A stretch of DNA of 64,000 nt from Eledone cirrhosa (taxonomy: Eukaryota), in NCBI GenBank assembly GCA_964016885.1, contig OZ024744.1, positions 119,598,001 through 119,662,000 on the forward strand, in the 5' to 3' direction. Positions 41,601-61,122 of the stretch are shown piece after piece (the first letter of the stretch is position 1; each line of letters begins with the position of its first letter). The notes beneath the pieces were generated by a model. That model saw only the letters and a program-made list of their open reading frames with translations, made no database searches and was not told where the DNA came from. The position numbers and the translations under genes were made by a program.

Positions 41601-42832
41601 ATTAATATTAATGTATATTTTATGTCTATATATATATATGTATGTACATATATGTATGGTGGAATCTTTTGTAACGCAATGAAGATTTTCATGAAAAATA
41701 AGAATTTACAGAGCCGATCACGTAAATTCACATGTGTGTCTATAATTGTCAACTTGAATTTGAGATAACCTTCTCTTTTCTCTTTTTCTTTTTTCATGAA
41801 AATACATATATACTTATGTATTTCAGTATTTTTGAAGTTTTATCTCAGATTTTGATTATAAACCTAAGAATTTTTAAACTAAACATAGGGTCATTATTTT
41901 TTCATTTTTTCACACATTATTGATATGTGTCTCATTCATGAATATTGATATTTACATTATAATACCTAATTCATATGAATTGATAATTCAAATGGATGAA
42001 ACATAATATTTTAAATCTATCATCTTTCTTTCTGAATATATCTATTTCTTCTCCTGTTCCCTCTACACTTGACGAGATTTATGTATCGGCTGATTTAACT
42101 GTATCTCTCCCACCTCGTATGATAGATATTACTCGATCTACCTCTTTTCTCCCACCACCTATATCTCTCTCTACCTCTCTTTATTTATTTTTATTTTTAT
42201 TTTTATTTCTCTCCGTATCCTTAACACTATAACTAAATAAATAAATAAATAAATAATTACAGTACCCCCTTCCCTCCTTATTCTCTCATTTGTACGTTGA
42301 TCATCTGTGCCCAAGCTGCCTATCATTTTTCACTTCCTCAATATATTTCTCTCTCCCATATCTCTTTCTCTCTCTATCTCGCTCTGTTGTTTTTTCTTTA
42401 CATACATCTCTTCATCTTCTTCGTCTTCCTCTCTAACTGTCCTTAGCACTATACACTTTCTTTCTTCTTCTCTTCATCCTTAGTACTATACACTTTCCTT
42501 CTTTTTTCTCTTCGTCTTTTTTTCTCTTCGTCTTTCTTTCTAACTGTCCTTAACATTTCACTACCAAATCAACTTTTTAAATGGAAGTTGTAATGTTTAA
42601 GGTATGTCAAATTTATTTATAAAACGGTTTATATATTGTATTTTGTCTGAGGAAGGCATACCATATTTTTAATATGATATCCCTGAAATATATATAATGA
42701 AATAAATATGGTTTTATAAATATAGTTTCCATTTGTTTAATATCGTAAATCTACTCCAAAACTTGTTGAGTGCTTTTATATCAGTTATAAAATATTTATT
42801 CGTTGTAACCCAACAATTTTAAATAAAACTTT

Positions 42833-42840
<8 letters not shown>
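38626..42840 (+). mobile_element. Full-length Naiad-type PLE between direct pLTRs (38626-38842, 42624-42840), each with an HHR (38641-38706, 42639-42704)
   Basis: 217-bp direct repeats with about 2 mismatches; single long reading frame; TA tracts on both sides. Confidence 0.93.
38888..41107 (+). pseudogene. PLE RT + GIY-YIG ORF (~739 codons) with one in-frame TGA at 39611-39613
   Basis: The 241-aa and 451-aa ORFs are in the same frame; VKSDKTNN, KDHK, GGLYRDD, CNC, YVGST. Confidence 0.9.
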
Positions 42841-42914
<74 letters not shown>

Positions 42915-43144
42915 CAGAGCAAACAGCACGGACACTCTATCTCAAAATTATTTTTGAAAAGCATTTAGAAATGCGCAACCGGTAAAAACTTAAAAACTTA
43001 AAACCACAACTGAATACTAACCCATACAATCACTAATACTTTTTTATTCCTAATTAAACCATTTTTCAACTGTGAACAATTTGTCAGCATTTTCTATTCC
43101 GTTTACCAATATATAATAACTTGTGTGTTACACCTCTATTCTTT

Positions 43145-43753
<609 letters not shown>

Positions 43754-43759
43754 ACTGCC

Positions 43760-45570
43760 TCTCTGTTTTGTTCCCGTTCAATTTTTCACTATATAAATAT
43801 ACATAAATATATATAGAAATCACATGAATCAAATTTTTGTTCATTTATTAGCTTACAATTGTTTCGTCCAAACCGAGGTTTGGAGTCTTCGGAGCAATTT
43901 TTCAATGATTATTTACATACATGACCTCCTTTCCAACGCAAGAAACATATCTTAATATCGATGCACAGTGGGTTGACATCCATTATAATATTTTAGTATG
44001 GCAATTTACATTCAAAAATTAAAATCATATTAAAAGAAAATTAAAACAAAATTATAGTTAAAATACAACATCGGCAGTTTACGAAGATAATGCCAGAGGA
44101 TAGTTTGAAGTAGTTAGTGTATGCAATAGTTTCACGTGGGGCATGCACGTGTGTCTTATTTATATAAGATTAATGTGCGGCAAGGTGTTATATGCAATAC
44201 AAGCACTTTAAGCGGGTAAACAAGAGTATTATGGGGGTTGTATTGGTAAAGTATGTTTTATGTATGATAAAGAAGCTTGTGTGCAGAGAAATATTAAAAA
44301 TGAGAAGCAAAATAATGTTATGGTTTTCGTATACACCACCATTTTCACAATCCAGGAAATGTAATATATAGATTATATGTCCTTCACATAATTCTCGATG
44401 ATTCAGTATTGGAAGCTTGATGAATTAGGTTAGATTATTACAGCATGTTGTTCTTTAATCCAATTTTATAGAGCAGGTTGTATTTGTTGCGAGAATTTCC
44501 GGAAGTATGTGTGTGATTAAGGGGAGTTAATGTGTGAGGGGAGGTAACTAGCTGATTTCTATAACTAAATTTATTATTCCAATGTACATTAAATGGTGTC
44601 CCAATTGAGTCCCTTACATATATGGTTATAAACAGTTTCTAAATTTAAGTATCTTATCTTTAAATTACAGTGTAGTCTATCAAGAAGTACCAAAGGTGTC
44701 CATATTAGGATGATTACCCTCTATCATAGAGTGCCACAACTGAATATTCGACATGAAGAGTCAGATCTCTAAATCAATGATCTTTGTAAGTGTAGTCTAC
44801 CCACAGAACCTGGCAGGGTTTTATTAGAACTACGTCTATATATAACCCCTGGTAAGCTCTGGGTCAGCGCATGTCTGATTGCATGGCAAAGTTAAATATC
44901 TCTAGGGTAGACCAGAGAGCAATTCTCACTTACAATGTCATTAATCTGTCCATCAAGTCATACATGTATGTATAACTCATATACCACTTGTTAATAATTC
45001 ATTGTACTCAACATATAGGTTATATAGCTCTTTTATGTTAATAAATTAATCTTCTATTTATCCAATGATGGCACTCCATACACAGAACAACAATAGCACA
45101 AAAAATTCAGTGTTTAAAGTTTACATTTAATTATATAGTGGTGTAATGTAGTCTAAGTAATTGAAGGCAATTATACTAAAAGTAGATGTACATGGGGATA
45201 TTTCTAGGGTAAAAGGTTCTAGATAGATGTCCCTAATTGTGTTAAGATAGGGTGGATCATTGAGTGTGGAGTTGTGGTGTAATGTGTGGCCTTGAGGTGT
45301 GTTGCTAGAAGTGGTGATGGGTTCAAGTTTGACGTTGCTATATATTGGGTTTAAAGTTTTGGAAGGAGTGTCGGAAGCGGTGCTGGCAAGACGCGAACAC
45401 TTCTGATTTTTTTTATTATAATCAGGCATTAGTTAGATCAGGCCATTGAGCTATTTATCTTACTGGTAATAAGGTAGTAATAAATTACTGTCTTTCACTG
45501 TTTAGGGTTTAAAATATATATAATTATAAACATTTTTAGTATATACATAACCATAAATAGTATCCTAAAT
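43760..45570 (-). mobile_element. PLE 3'UTR/pLTR fragment with variant HHR at 43851-43895 and an inverted terminal piece at 45445-45570
   Basis: Homology to 52900-53860 and 47600-48500; 45445-45565 resembles the reverse complement of 50000-50103. Confidence 0.7.
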
Positions 45571-45574
45571 ACTA

Positions 45575-45637
<63 letters not shown>

Positions 45638-45654
45638 ATGTATATATGTATATG

Positions 45655-45854
<200 letters not shown>

Positions 45855-45899
45855 AATGTATATATATATGTATATATATATACATATATATATAAAATA

Positions 45900-46220
45900 A
45901 TTGTTTCTACTTTTGGCACAAGGCCAATAATTTACCAGTACATTACTGGTACTTTATTTTATCGACCCCGTAAGGATGAAAGGCAAAGTTAACCTCAGCG
46001 GGATTTGAACTCAGAATGGCAAGGGCATTATATATATAATAATATTTGTTTCTACTTTTGGCACAAGGCCAGCAATTACCCAGTACATTACTGGTACTTT
46101 ATTTTATCGACCTCGTAAGGATGAAAGGCAAAGTTAACCTCGGCGGGATTTGAACTCAGATCGTAAAGGGACGTAACTATGCTGGAAAGCATGTCTGACC
46201 CCCTACCGATACTGCCTAAT
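45900..46220 (-). mobile_element. Two partial copies of a tRNA-derived SINE
   Basis: actggtactttattttatcgacc..aaggatgaaaggcaaagttaacctc..ggatttgaactcaga occurs twice; B box gagttcaaatcc on -. Confidence 0.75.
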
Positions 46221-46221
46221 A

Positions 46222-48499
46222 TTATTTATAGTTATGTATGCACTATATACAACTATAAATAGGAAAGGTCAGTAATTTATTACTACCTTATTATCAGTAT
46301 CAGTAAGAAAAATAGCTCAATGTAAATACATCAGATGTTTTACAGAGCAGGAATATGAATTACACAATAATCAAAGTTATGTTCAAATCATTTAATTGCT
46401 GACAATCCTTTCTTCCAAACTATCGTTTGGATCATCGGGTAAAATACATATGTTTGGACATATAATTAACATCCTATTCCACTCATATAGATATATGCAT
46501 ATTAATGTTGCCAACAACAGTTTCGAATTTACAGGGTGGAATGGATGTGACATAGATTTCAAGAGAATTGTACAATAATTAAAATTAAAAATTAAAAGTT
46601 AAAAAGGCACCGAGTGGAATGCATGCGACAGAGATTAGTATAACAATTAGAGAGGCATTAAGGGAGAAAGTTACTCATGAAACGAGGACACTAGTAGTAC
46701 ATATGCAAGCATATAGAGAGTGCGATTGCAATATGCTTAAACAGGAAGGAAACAAGCAATGGTACTAGGCATATATAATTTCTGCGATGCAAAGGTATCC
46801 TGTTTCAACCTAAACGTCTCTACCAACTTACCGAAGGCTTTTTTCTCAATCCTGGAAAAAAACTTCCCATCCGGCCACAAATACCATAATCTTATCAATA
46901 AAAATGCCATTAAAATATCTTACTCTACCACACCTAACATCGAATACCATATAGCTAGTAGTAATAAAAGGAAGATTAATAATTATTTCCAACTAATTAA
47001 ATCACAAGGGGAAAACTTACAGGGCAACATAGTCCCAGAGATTTCTAGTAGCATTAATAATAATGATAATAGCACTAATGAAATTAATAACAATGGGAAT
47101 GACAACCATCATTACCCTAATGCCATTCCTAACAACCAGGCATCTACACAACATAGTAACCAGCGAGCAAACAACCAGAATAACTGTAACTGTAGAACAA
47201 ATAGAACTTAACCAAAGACATCATTTACTGTCATTTACTGTCAACACAAACAACTCTTCTAAAACATATATCGGTTCTACTTCGAACTGCTTCAAGACGA
47301 GATATAACTCGCATCTCCACACGTTCAAAAACCCCAATCTAGCCAACTCCACTTCTTTATCCAGCTACAAACACTCTCTGAAAACTAGGAATAGAACATA
47401 TACACTTCAATGGGGAATAGTAGATAGGGCCGCATCGTATAAACCACCTAATAAATTATGTAACCTCTGTCTTTTAGAGACCCGAACAATAATCTATTCT
47501 AAACTAGACCTCCTAAATAGAAAATCAGAGGTTTTTTCGATCTGCCAGCACTACAACCGACACTCTTTCCATAGCTTTAAACCTAGCTGCTGATGTATAA
47601 TAATGTCAGATCTGAATTCCTCACCACAATTAACACATAATGTATAGCAACACAAAGAATTTAAATAATATATAGCTGTAAACATATTTACATTTTTCTA
47701 AATTCATTTACAATGTAATCACTAGTTACCTCCCCTTGCGTATTAGCTCCCCTTAATATAGATCAAACACACTTCCGGAAATTAAACCGTTAGAGAACCT
47801 CTCTACAACAACTCGAATCCCGGATAACAATATATTAGGACCGGTATACAATCCATGGCTGTGACTGATTAAAACATTCACTAAAATAAAACAGCCAATG
47901 TTATGGAAAAGATAGCAATAACATTGATACTCTCAGCACATACACATCTGAACATTACAGAAACAATTTTCACACTACAGCCAGCATAAACTAATAATTT
48001 TAATACAAAAAAAGCTTCGCCTGCTTGTAAACATGTTGTTTTATGTGATATCTTAGCCTTGCAGAAATTATATATGCCTAGTACCATTGCTTGTTTCCTT
48101 CCTGTTTAAGCATATTGCAATCGCACTCTCTATATGCTTGCATATGTACTACTAGTGTCCTCGTTTCATGAGTAACTTTCTACCTTAATGCCTCTCTAAT
48201 TGTTATACTAATCTCTGTCGCATGCATTCCACTCTGTGCCTTTTTAACTTTTAATTTTTAATTTTTTATTTTAATTACTGTACAATTCTCTTGAAATCTA
48301 TGTCGCATCCATTCCACTCCGTAAATGCGAAACTGTTGTTGGCAACATTAATATCCATGTATCTATATGATTGTTCAGTTAAATAGGAGGTTAATTATAT
48401 GTACAAACATTGCTAATGCTCCGATGATTCCAAACGATAGTTTGGAAGAAAGGATTGTCAGCAATAAAATGATTTGAACATAACTTTGATTATTGTGTA

Positions 48500-48502
<3 letters not shown>
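46222..48502 (+). mobile_element. Naiad-type PLE 3' portion (46800-48502) with inverted pLTR at its 5' end (46222-46795)
   Basis: FNLNVSTNLPKAFF, YIGSTSNCFKTRY, CNLCLLE; 46357-46795 is the reverse complement of 48055-48502; HHR at 48417-48463. Confidence 0.85.
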
Positions 48503-48575
<73 letters not shown>

Positions 48576-48590
48576 ATGTATGTATGTATG

Positions 48591-48622
<32 letters not shown>

Positions 48623-48625
<3 letters not shown>

Positions 48626-49876
48626 CATCACAAAACAACAAACACCATCCCGTCCTGCCTAAGCAACCTCATCAACCCATCCATGGTAATACAACAACGC
48701 ATAATTATAACTGTAACTGTGTCCAACCAGGAATGTGTCCGTTGAACAATCAGTGTCTTGAACGCAACATCATATACAAATGTACTATCGAATCGGGTAG
48801 CCGGAAGTGGTACTATGTGGGGTCTACAGCTACCTCCTTCAAATCTCGCCTTTATAGACATCGTTACTCGATAAAACATGAAAACCAGCGTTATGTAACA
48901 ATACTCGCAGACAAGGCTTGGCAGCTGCGCGAAAATAATCAACAATTTAACCTAAAATGGGATATAATAACGCTGCCCCTGCATATTTCCAAGGACAGGA
49001 ATTTTGTAAATTGTGTAATATGGAAATATTTTGTATTATGAAATCCAAAAATATTTTATTAAATAACAGAATAGGGCGATCGTTATACTGTAACCATCGC
49101 TTGAAATCTACATTTTCATATTACAAGCGCTACCAGGATTGAACACCTGTCTCCATCTCCGTTTGATTGTCAAAATACATATTAACATTCTCTATTAGTC
49201 TTACATCTATCAACTCTTCTATTCTTTACCATTTAATATAAATTGCTATAGATAAAATGAGATTTCTTAATTCAATTCCCTAATGCATATACCAGCAGGC
49301 TACCAGCATTGTTGTTATACAGTAGCAGTGAAAATCTCTCTCTTCCTTACTTGACACTTTATATCTGTATTAATACTACTACACCAAACGACTAGCCCTG
49401 TCCATTGTTCAATTGGTCAAATATAGATTAAAATAGGCACTCCCAAAAATTCTTATTTAGATAAAATAAGCCATATACTCATTGTATTCTCATTAAAAAC
49501 CTTATATACTTGTTTACCAGCAATTGAATTGCCATCTGTCATATACTATCCCTTCTCTTCTTCCTTTCTTACAACTAATATAAATACTTTAATTTTTCTG
49601 ATTTTTCCAATTTATCCAATATCTCTGAAGAAGTGACAACTGATTATACATTTGCTATCGAATACTTGCTAACATTATATGATTACGCAAGCAGCGATAC
49701 ATAGGTATTCCGTCTATTACAGAAACATATGTCAATACCTAATAAATTCCTTTATAAAAGCACTTTCATTTTATATTCATCTTTTCTACATTTTCTCCGG
49801 AATATAATTTATACCTACACGTACTCTGTTCATCTCTAACGTGACGATATATTATCACTACATTATTGATAACTTG

Positions 49877-49880
<4 letters not shown>
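48623..49880 (+). mobile_element. Naiad-type PLE 3' fragment (GIY-YIG plus 3'UTR) with degenerate long-stem-II HHR at ~49620-49737
   Basis: CNCVQPGMCPLNNQC, IIYKC..YVGST, CKLCNME; CTGAAGA...GAAA catatg TC. Confidence 0.75.
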
Positions 49881-49919
<39 letters not shown>

Positions 49920-49920
49920 T

Positions 49921-53978
<4,058 letters not shown>

Positions 53979-53989
53979 GTGTGTGTGTG

Positions 53990-54049
<60 letters not shown>

Positions 54050-54051
<2 letters not shown>

Positions 54052-54321
54052 GTTTCGTTGACAAATATATCAATATGCCCAGACACGCAGATATATTGCC
54101 CTTGGTATGGTGCATCATATATTCTGTCTTTTTCCATATAGCGCTGGCCTCGGGACCCCCTGCTGGTCTTTTAACCTTGTTCTGGTGTCACAGCTCGATG
54201 GAGCATGCAACTATTGATATACTCTTGTTTATAGGCTCTGATGATTCCTGCCATGGTGTATGGATGAAACACTGTTAGCTAATAAAACAATGTATTTCTA
54301 AGCACTCCTTGGTTATTCCTA

Positions 54322-54325
<4 letters not shown>
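54050..54325 (+). mobile_element. Probable solo pLTR with HHR at 54234-54280
   Basis: ggct CTGATGA ttcctgccatggtgtatggat GAAA cactg TT agct, followed by aataaa; TA tracts on both sides. Confidence 0.65.
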
Positions 54326-54373
<48 letters not shown>

Positions 54374-55663
54374 TAGCTTTACGGGAGTCAATAAAATGAA
54401 GTACCAGTAATGCACTGGGGTTGATTAAATCGACTTTTCCTTTCCCCAAAAGTTTTTGGTCTTGTTGCTAAATCAGAAAAAATTATTATTATTGCCAGCT
54501 ACTGTTGCTGTTGTTATTGTAATTTTTATTTCTCTTACTTTCAGGTTTTATAAAATGAGTATTTCCGACAGGCACGTCAGTTCTTACTGTATACCCACGA
54601 AGGAAGTGTTATTGCCGTGCAAATACTGTTAAGATTCAACATCTTAACCCTTTTCGTGACCATTTGTGAATTTTGAGATAACTGGAAACAAATTATAATC
54701 ATAATCATTAATATCTTTTTCAATTATTAACATTGTTATTTTTGTTATATTGATATTAGAAATAAATTTTATTTAAAAAAAAATTGTGAGAAATCCTAAT
54801 TATTATTGGAAAGAAACAAGAGAAGATGAATAAAAGAAACAAGAGAAGATGAATAAAAACTTATATCTATATATTAATTTCAACAATGTCAGTATTCCGT
54901 GTGTCATAATTCTCGATTATCATTGGTTTATAGGTTTCAAATGACTCCTCCTACCTCAACGACGCCAAACTTAAATTAATATGCATAATGCCAATGAGGG
55001 AGTGAGAGGGAGAGTAAGAAACAGAGGCAAAATGAACGCTGTATTGGATACACTATGTATATGTGTCAGTGTAGAGACATGTGTGTGTGTGATGTGTGTG
55101 GAAATAAGAGGGGAAGGAAAGCAATAACTATTAACATGTGTGCGTGTGTATGTACGTGCGCGTATGTTTATGTGTGTGTGCGTGCGTGCAACGTTCCACA
55201 GAAAGTAAAAACTATCAACATGTGTGAGTGTGTGCGTGTGTGTAAGTGCACAGGTGCGTGTGTAAGTTTGCGTGCGTCGCTTCTGATTGCGGTGGTAATA
55301 AAACCTCATCATATGCTGAGTCTGGCAGAAAGGTTGAATCCTATGGCCGGCCAGGGCTAGAGTAATATTGAAAAACGATTATATTTTCGAAGTATAAGGA
55401 TCCGCCATTTGGAGTTCAAACCAGGCCACGTCCCCGAGTTGAACTCTGGGCAACATTAACTGTCTATTACTCAGTGGCTAAGAGCCTGGAAATTACTGAA
55501 TAAATTTTTGTGTCATATAATTTGTTGTTTTATTATCATAGCTGACCACTTATAGATAAGCATGTTATCCATATCCATATTAATTTGGCATTTGTATAAA
55601 CGATTTCAAGTAAATAGGGACTTTTTTTACATTGACGGACATCTTTTATATTAATTATCGATA

Positions 55664-56009
55664 TCTACATATAATATAAAAGATTGGAACTTCCATCATC
55701 CTTTTGAGAAACGTGGGACAACCACGTCTATGCAATGATACACGTTTTACAGTCAGACAGAAGATGAACCATCTCCTAGAGGTCACTATTCTAGGTGGGA
55801 GCACCTAGAATTGTTCTTATACTATGCACAAACGGTACAACGAAGAATCTGGTATATCTGGAAGATTTTTTTACTGTTTTTTGTATCACACAGACACCAC
55901 GGACTCGCCTCATACTGTAACCAGAAAAACATCCAATACAGTCATTTTCTCTTTTACCTGTCTTCTCTTATCATCTGTTTACCCGGGCGAAGCTGGGTAC
56001 GTCAGCTAG
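55664..56009 (+). mobile_element. Non-autonomous Helitron (346 bp)
   Basis: A|TCTACATATAATATAAAAG ... hairpin accc-gggcgaagct-gggt, CTAG|T. Confidence 0.75.
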
Positions 56010-59000
56010 TAACGTTAATTTGAGGGAAATATATTCTAAGTATATATCTTAATAGTACGTGTATTTACGATTATTAGTTGTTTAAAATTTGTTTATAATA
56101 TAATATTTTTCTTCTGTTATAAGTAGATAAATAAATAAATACATAAATAAATACATAAATAAATAAATAAATAGATGGGTATATCATGTTATAGATAATT
56201 GATCTAATGAGTTATGAGGGATATTCGTTTTGTATTTAATGTAAATAAATATTAAGTTAAATTAAATTAACTGAGTTAATAAGAATATTTATATTTATAT
56301 GATTTAAAATGGGAAGATACGGAAAAAACTCCGGTTTAATTTATTTATTCGTTAGTGTGAGACTATTTAGTCAAAATAAGTATAGATGTTGAAAGATACA
56401 TTTAGCCAGAATCAGTTAGTGGTTATAAATCTATTGAAAAAATATAGAACAAATATTGATAAAGTATTGAAAAAATATTGAAAAAGTATTGAAAAAATAT
56501 TGAAAAATTAAAGAAAATTAAAAAAAATAATAATTTATAAGAGATAAGTAATTTTTAAAGAAATAAAAATTAAAGAAATAAAAATAAAGAAATAAAAATT
56601 ATTAAAATTAAAATAAAAATTAAAATTAAAATAAAAAAAAAAATAAATAAAAATAAATAAAAAAAAAAAAAATTAGAATTATATACGTATATATTTTATG
56701 AAACTTTAAGAAGTGGAATTACAGCAAATGTTATAGATATTATGATTTAGAGATATCAATATATTAAAACCAAGTGGATGAGATTGTTATGGAAATAAGT
56801 AGAAATATTATAAGTATAATTATAAGTTATATATAGTTCTGAATGTTGAATTCTGGCGATGTCTACAAGAATTAAATAAATTCGTTCTTAGATTAATAGA
56901 GTTTTTACATTTAAGTATGTAAAAAAATTTCCTCAATACACAATTTGCAGAATCTAGATAAAGCTGTATTTCAGTACGCGGGTGCTTTTGAAACTGTTTC
57001 CCAAGCTAATGAATAGTCCATATTCTTGCATTTTAAGCCCCATATTAGGTTTGAAAGAGAAGTTGAAGATTTTTTATCAAATCTTCGGAAAGAGCAATTG
57101 TGGTTATTCCAGCGACTTTTAAATTCTGTAGAAGTTGCACCGACATAGTTCAATATATTATCACTGGTTTTAACTGTACATTTATAGACCATGTTTATAT
57201 CTAAACACTTATTTTGTAAAGGACAGTTTGATTTAATTCTACAGTTACATTTTGCGGAGTTGTTGTTCGGAACGGTACTATTATGTTGGATATTGCTAGA
57301 GATATTACTGCTATTTTGGTTATTTTGGTTAGGGTTTAAATTTCTATTATTAATTCTATTTATATTTTGTGCTATGTTCATAGTAGTAGAATAGGATAGT
57401 TTTATAGTATTCTGTTAAAGATTGAGTGGTATCTGTGGGCTTTAGAAAAACATTTATCTAGTGCTTTAAAGAATAGCTTTGCTAAAGGTGTGTTTACGCT
57501 TAATGAGAATGGGGGTGACTACCAAATAATATTTCTAGTTCTAGTTCTTCTGTTAGTTTTAGAGTTTAAGTTAAATTTTTTATTATTATTACAATTAATA
57601 GTAGGGTTATTTGCCTTATTACTGTTGTCGATGTATTTAATCTTATTTATATAGCCTGCTCTATTTAAAGCTTCATTATAATATTCTGCCTTATCGTCAA
57701 AAATGTTTTTATTAGCGGAGATGCGTGAAATCTATTGTTGGACAGAATTGACAATAGTGTTCTTGATAGATCTAGGATGATTAGAGTTAAAACTTACATA
57801 GTTTAGATTCTCATTAATTTTATGGAATGGATAGTGTTAAGGTGTTAAGGTTTAATGTTACGTCTAAAAAGTTAACAATTTTATAGTTATTCTCTATTCC
57901 TAACTTAAGGTTGTAGCTATTGAAGAATTGTATTATGGATTTTCTTTTCCCATTAATTTCCCAATTACAATGATTTTTAATTAAAAGCAGCATATCATCA
58001 CGATATAAACCACCGGTCATCTCTGGCATTTTTCTATGCAGTGTATTATTAATAAATAAGCCCACATGATCCGTTATTTGCGCCGAGTCAGATGATCCCA
58101 TGGTGATATCAAAATTTTTTTTTCTATCGGCTTTTTTCCAGAGATGATTGTTGAATTCAATTAAAGTTTTCCGTGCAGTTAAAATGATATGCATTTCTTC
58201 GCTAGATAAATATGTATGTATAGATGCATAGACAAGAGCTTTATTAAGTAAATCTAAGAAAGAATTTATTAATCTAAGAACGGATTTATTTAATTCTTGT
58301 AGACATCGCCAGAATTCAACATTCAGAACTATATATAACTTATAATTATACTTATAATATTTCTACTTATTTCCATAACAATCTCATCCACTTGGTTTTA
58401 ATATATTGATATCTCTAAATCATAATATCTATAACATTTGCTGTAATTCTACTTCTTAAAGTTTCATAAAATATATACGTATATAATTCTAATTTTTTTA
58501 AATTTTAATTTTAATTTTAATTTTAATTTTAATTTTAATTTTAATTTTAATTTTAATTTTAATTTTAATTTTAATCATTTTTATTTCTTTATTTTTATTT
58601 CTTTAATTTTTATTTCTTTAAAAATTACTTATCTCTTATAAATTATTATTTTTTTTTATTTTTTTAATTTTTCAATATTTTTTCAATACTTTTTCAATAT
58701 TTTTTCAATACTTTATCAATATTTTTTCAATATTTTTCAATAGATTTATAACCACTAACTGAGTCTGGCTAAATGTATCTTTCAACATCTATACTTATTT
58801 TGACTAAATAGTCTCACACTAACGAATAAATAAATTAAACCGGAGTTTTTTCCGTATCTTCCCATTTTAAATCATATAAATATAAATATTCTTATTAACT
58901 CAGTTAATTTAATTTAACTTAATATTTATTTACATTAAATACATAACGAATATCCCTCATAACTCATTAGATCAATTATCTATAACATGATATACCCATC

Positions 59001-59225
59001 TATTTATATATTTATTTATTTATGTATTTATTTATTTATCTACTTATAACAGAAGAAAAATATTATATTATAAACACATTTTAAACAACTAATAATCGTA
59101 AATACACGTACTATTAAGATATATACTTAGAATATATTTCCCTCAAATTAACGTTATATGAGTTTTTATTCATCTCTTGTTTCTTTCTTCTCTCTCTCTC
59201 TCGCACTATTTTATCCTTCTCCTCT

Positions 59226-59319
<94 letters not shown>

Positions 59320-59620
59320 GTCGTTTAAATAAACGGTTGTTTTTCAATTATTTACATATTCATTTGCCCATTCACACATAAGTTTGAAAAATCCCTAATA
59401 TATTTCCACTATCCTGTATGCATAAGGTAGGATTTTCATGGGTATGTCTCTATTTATAAAACAAACTTTGTATTTTATCTGATGAAAGCGTACCAATGTG
59501 TCATTTATTTAATATCATTGAATATTTACTTCAGTAACTTGTTGAGTGCTCTAAATCAGTTATAAACATTTATATTTGTTGGACTTCTCAAAGGCTTATA
59601 TATCTTTTACAAATATACCC
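56010..59620 (-). mobile_element. Naiad-type PLE (ORF remnant ~56830-58255, -) with ~890-bp inverted duplication of its 3' region (58265-59155), continuing on + to a deleted pLTR/HHR at ~59470
   Basis: MGSSDSAQITDHVG, GGLYRDD, CNC..YVGATS; 56010-56900 is the reverse complement of 58265-59155. Confidence 0.88.
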
Positions 59621-60469
59621 ATCTTTCTACCTTATTTCAATATTATATATTATATAATACAATTTACTCATTCCATATCATTCCTCTTTATCATTTTCCT
59701 TTCCTTTTTTCTTTTTAATTTCTAACCTCTAATCTGTACTTTTTCTTCCCAACTACTTCTCAATTCTTATTATTACTCACCACAACATTATCCATTCTTC
59801 CATCTTTCCCCATATCATTGGCCATAAAAATTATTTTTTTAATACATTATAATATTACCATTAGAAGTCCTTCGTAAACATAAATATTTTGACGTTAGAT
59901 TTTTTTCTTCCTTAAATTTTTCATATCTCTTCCATCCTTTCCTGCTCGTTCTAAACCTACTACTTAATTTGACTTTTACATATTACAATACATAAAAACA
60001 AACTTAAACCCTAACTAATTCCTCTAAATTCATAACTCATTCATTCTTCTCCTTCTTTTCACATTATATCCTTAATATCATTAATATTTTTATTTTAATA
60101 ATACATATTAATAAAGTCTTTTCCTCGCACATATTATTAAACCCTTCAATATACAAACCTTAATTTAATACTATTCTTAATTCCTTTTTCGTCATGCATA
60201 AACCTCATTAACTTTTAATTTCAAAATCTTTTAAATTATCTATTATCTTCCAACGGCTTTTTAATTTCTCTCTGTGAGACAATATATATTTTTTTCTCAG
60301 TTGCAAAGGCTATCTCTCTCTCTCTATCACCCATCTCTCCTCCTCTCTCATCCTTCCGTCTTATACTCCTCCCCCACCATCCTTTACTCTCATTTCTTCC
60401 TCTTCCTCACCTTTTCCACCCCCCTCACCTTTTCCCAATCTCATACATCAATCTTAATTTATTTTTCAT

Positions 60470-60600
60470 ATGTTGATTTAAAACTTCACTATTCACAAGT
60501 GTTTTTTAAGCTTCATATCATGTCTCCCTATTTTATCTGATGAGAACTTTACCGTACGGTTTCGAGTCTCAAAAATAAATGAATAGTCCTTACGGGCCTC
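60470..60600 (+). mobile_element. pLTR related to 5807-5940 with degenerate HHR
   Basis: gttgatttaaaac..cacaagtgttttttaa..cttcatatcatgtct..ttttat CTGATGA shared; GAAA not intact. Confidence 0.6.
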
Positions 60601-60777
60601 CATTGAAAAGAAAGACTCTAGTCAGAAGGTTCTTTTCACTCGGAGAATATAAAATTTCCGAGTTCGAATTACGAACTGGCGCTATTCAAAATTGTTCCCG
60701 AGATGAGAATGAATGATGTGGAAGCAATTCTGTCCAGTGCCGTGTGCAAAGATAGAAGGCAGAGGCGGAAAGGTCAA

Positions 60778-60887
<110 letters not shown>

Positions 60888-60902
60888 TATAAATACATAC
60901 AT

Positions 60903-60972
<70 letters not shown>

Positions 60973-61122
60973 ATAAATATATATCCAAAATTAAATTAAG
61001 GGTTGTCGTGTCTGAGAGACATGCGCCATATCCATTGCAGAATAAGCTCAAAGATTCCAATGAATAGATCCGAGCATTTTATATCAACTAGAAATAGATT
61101 GACATGTATATATATATAAAAT

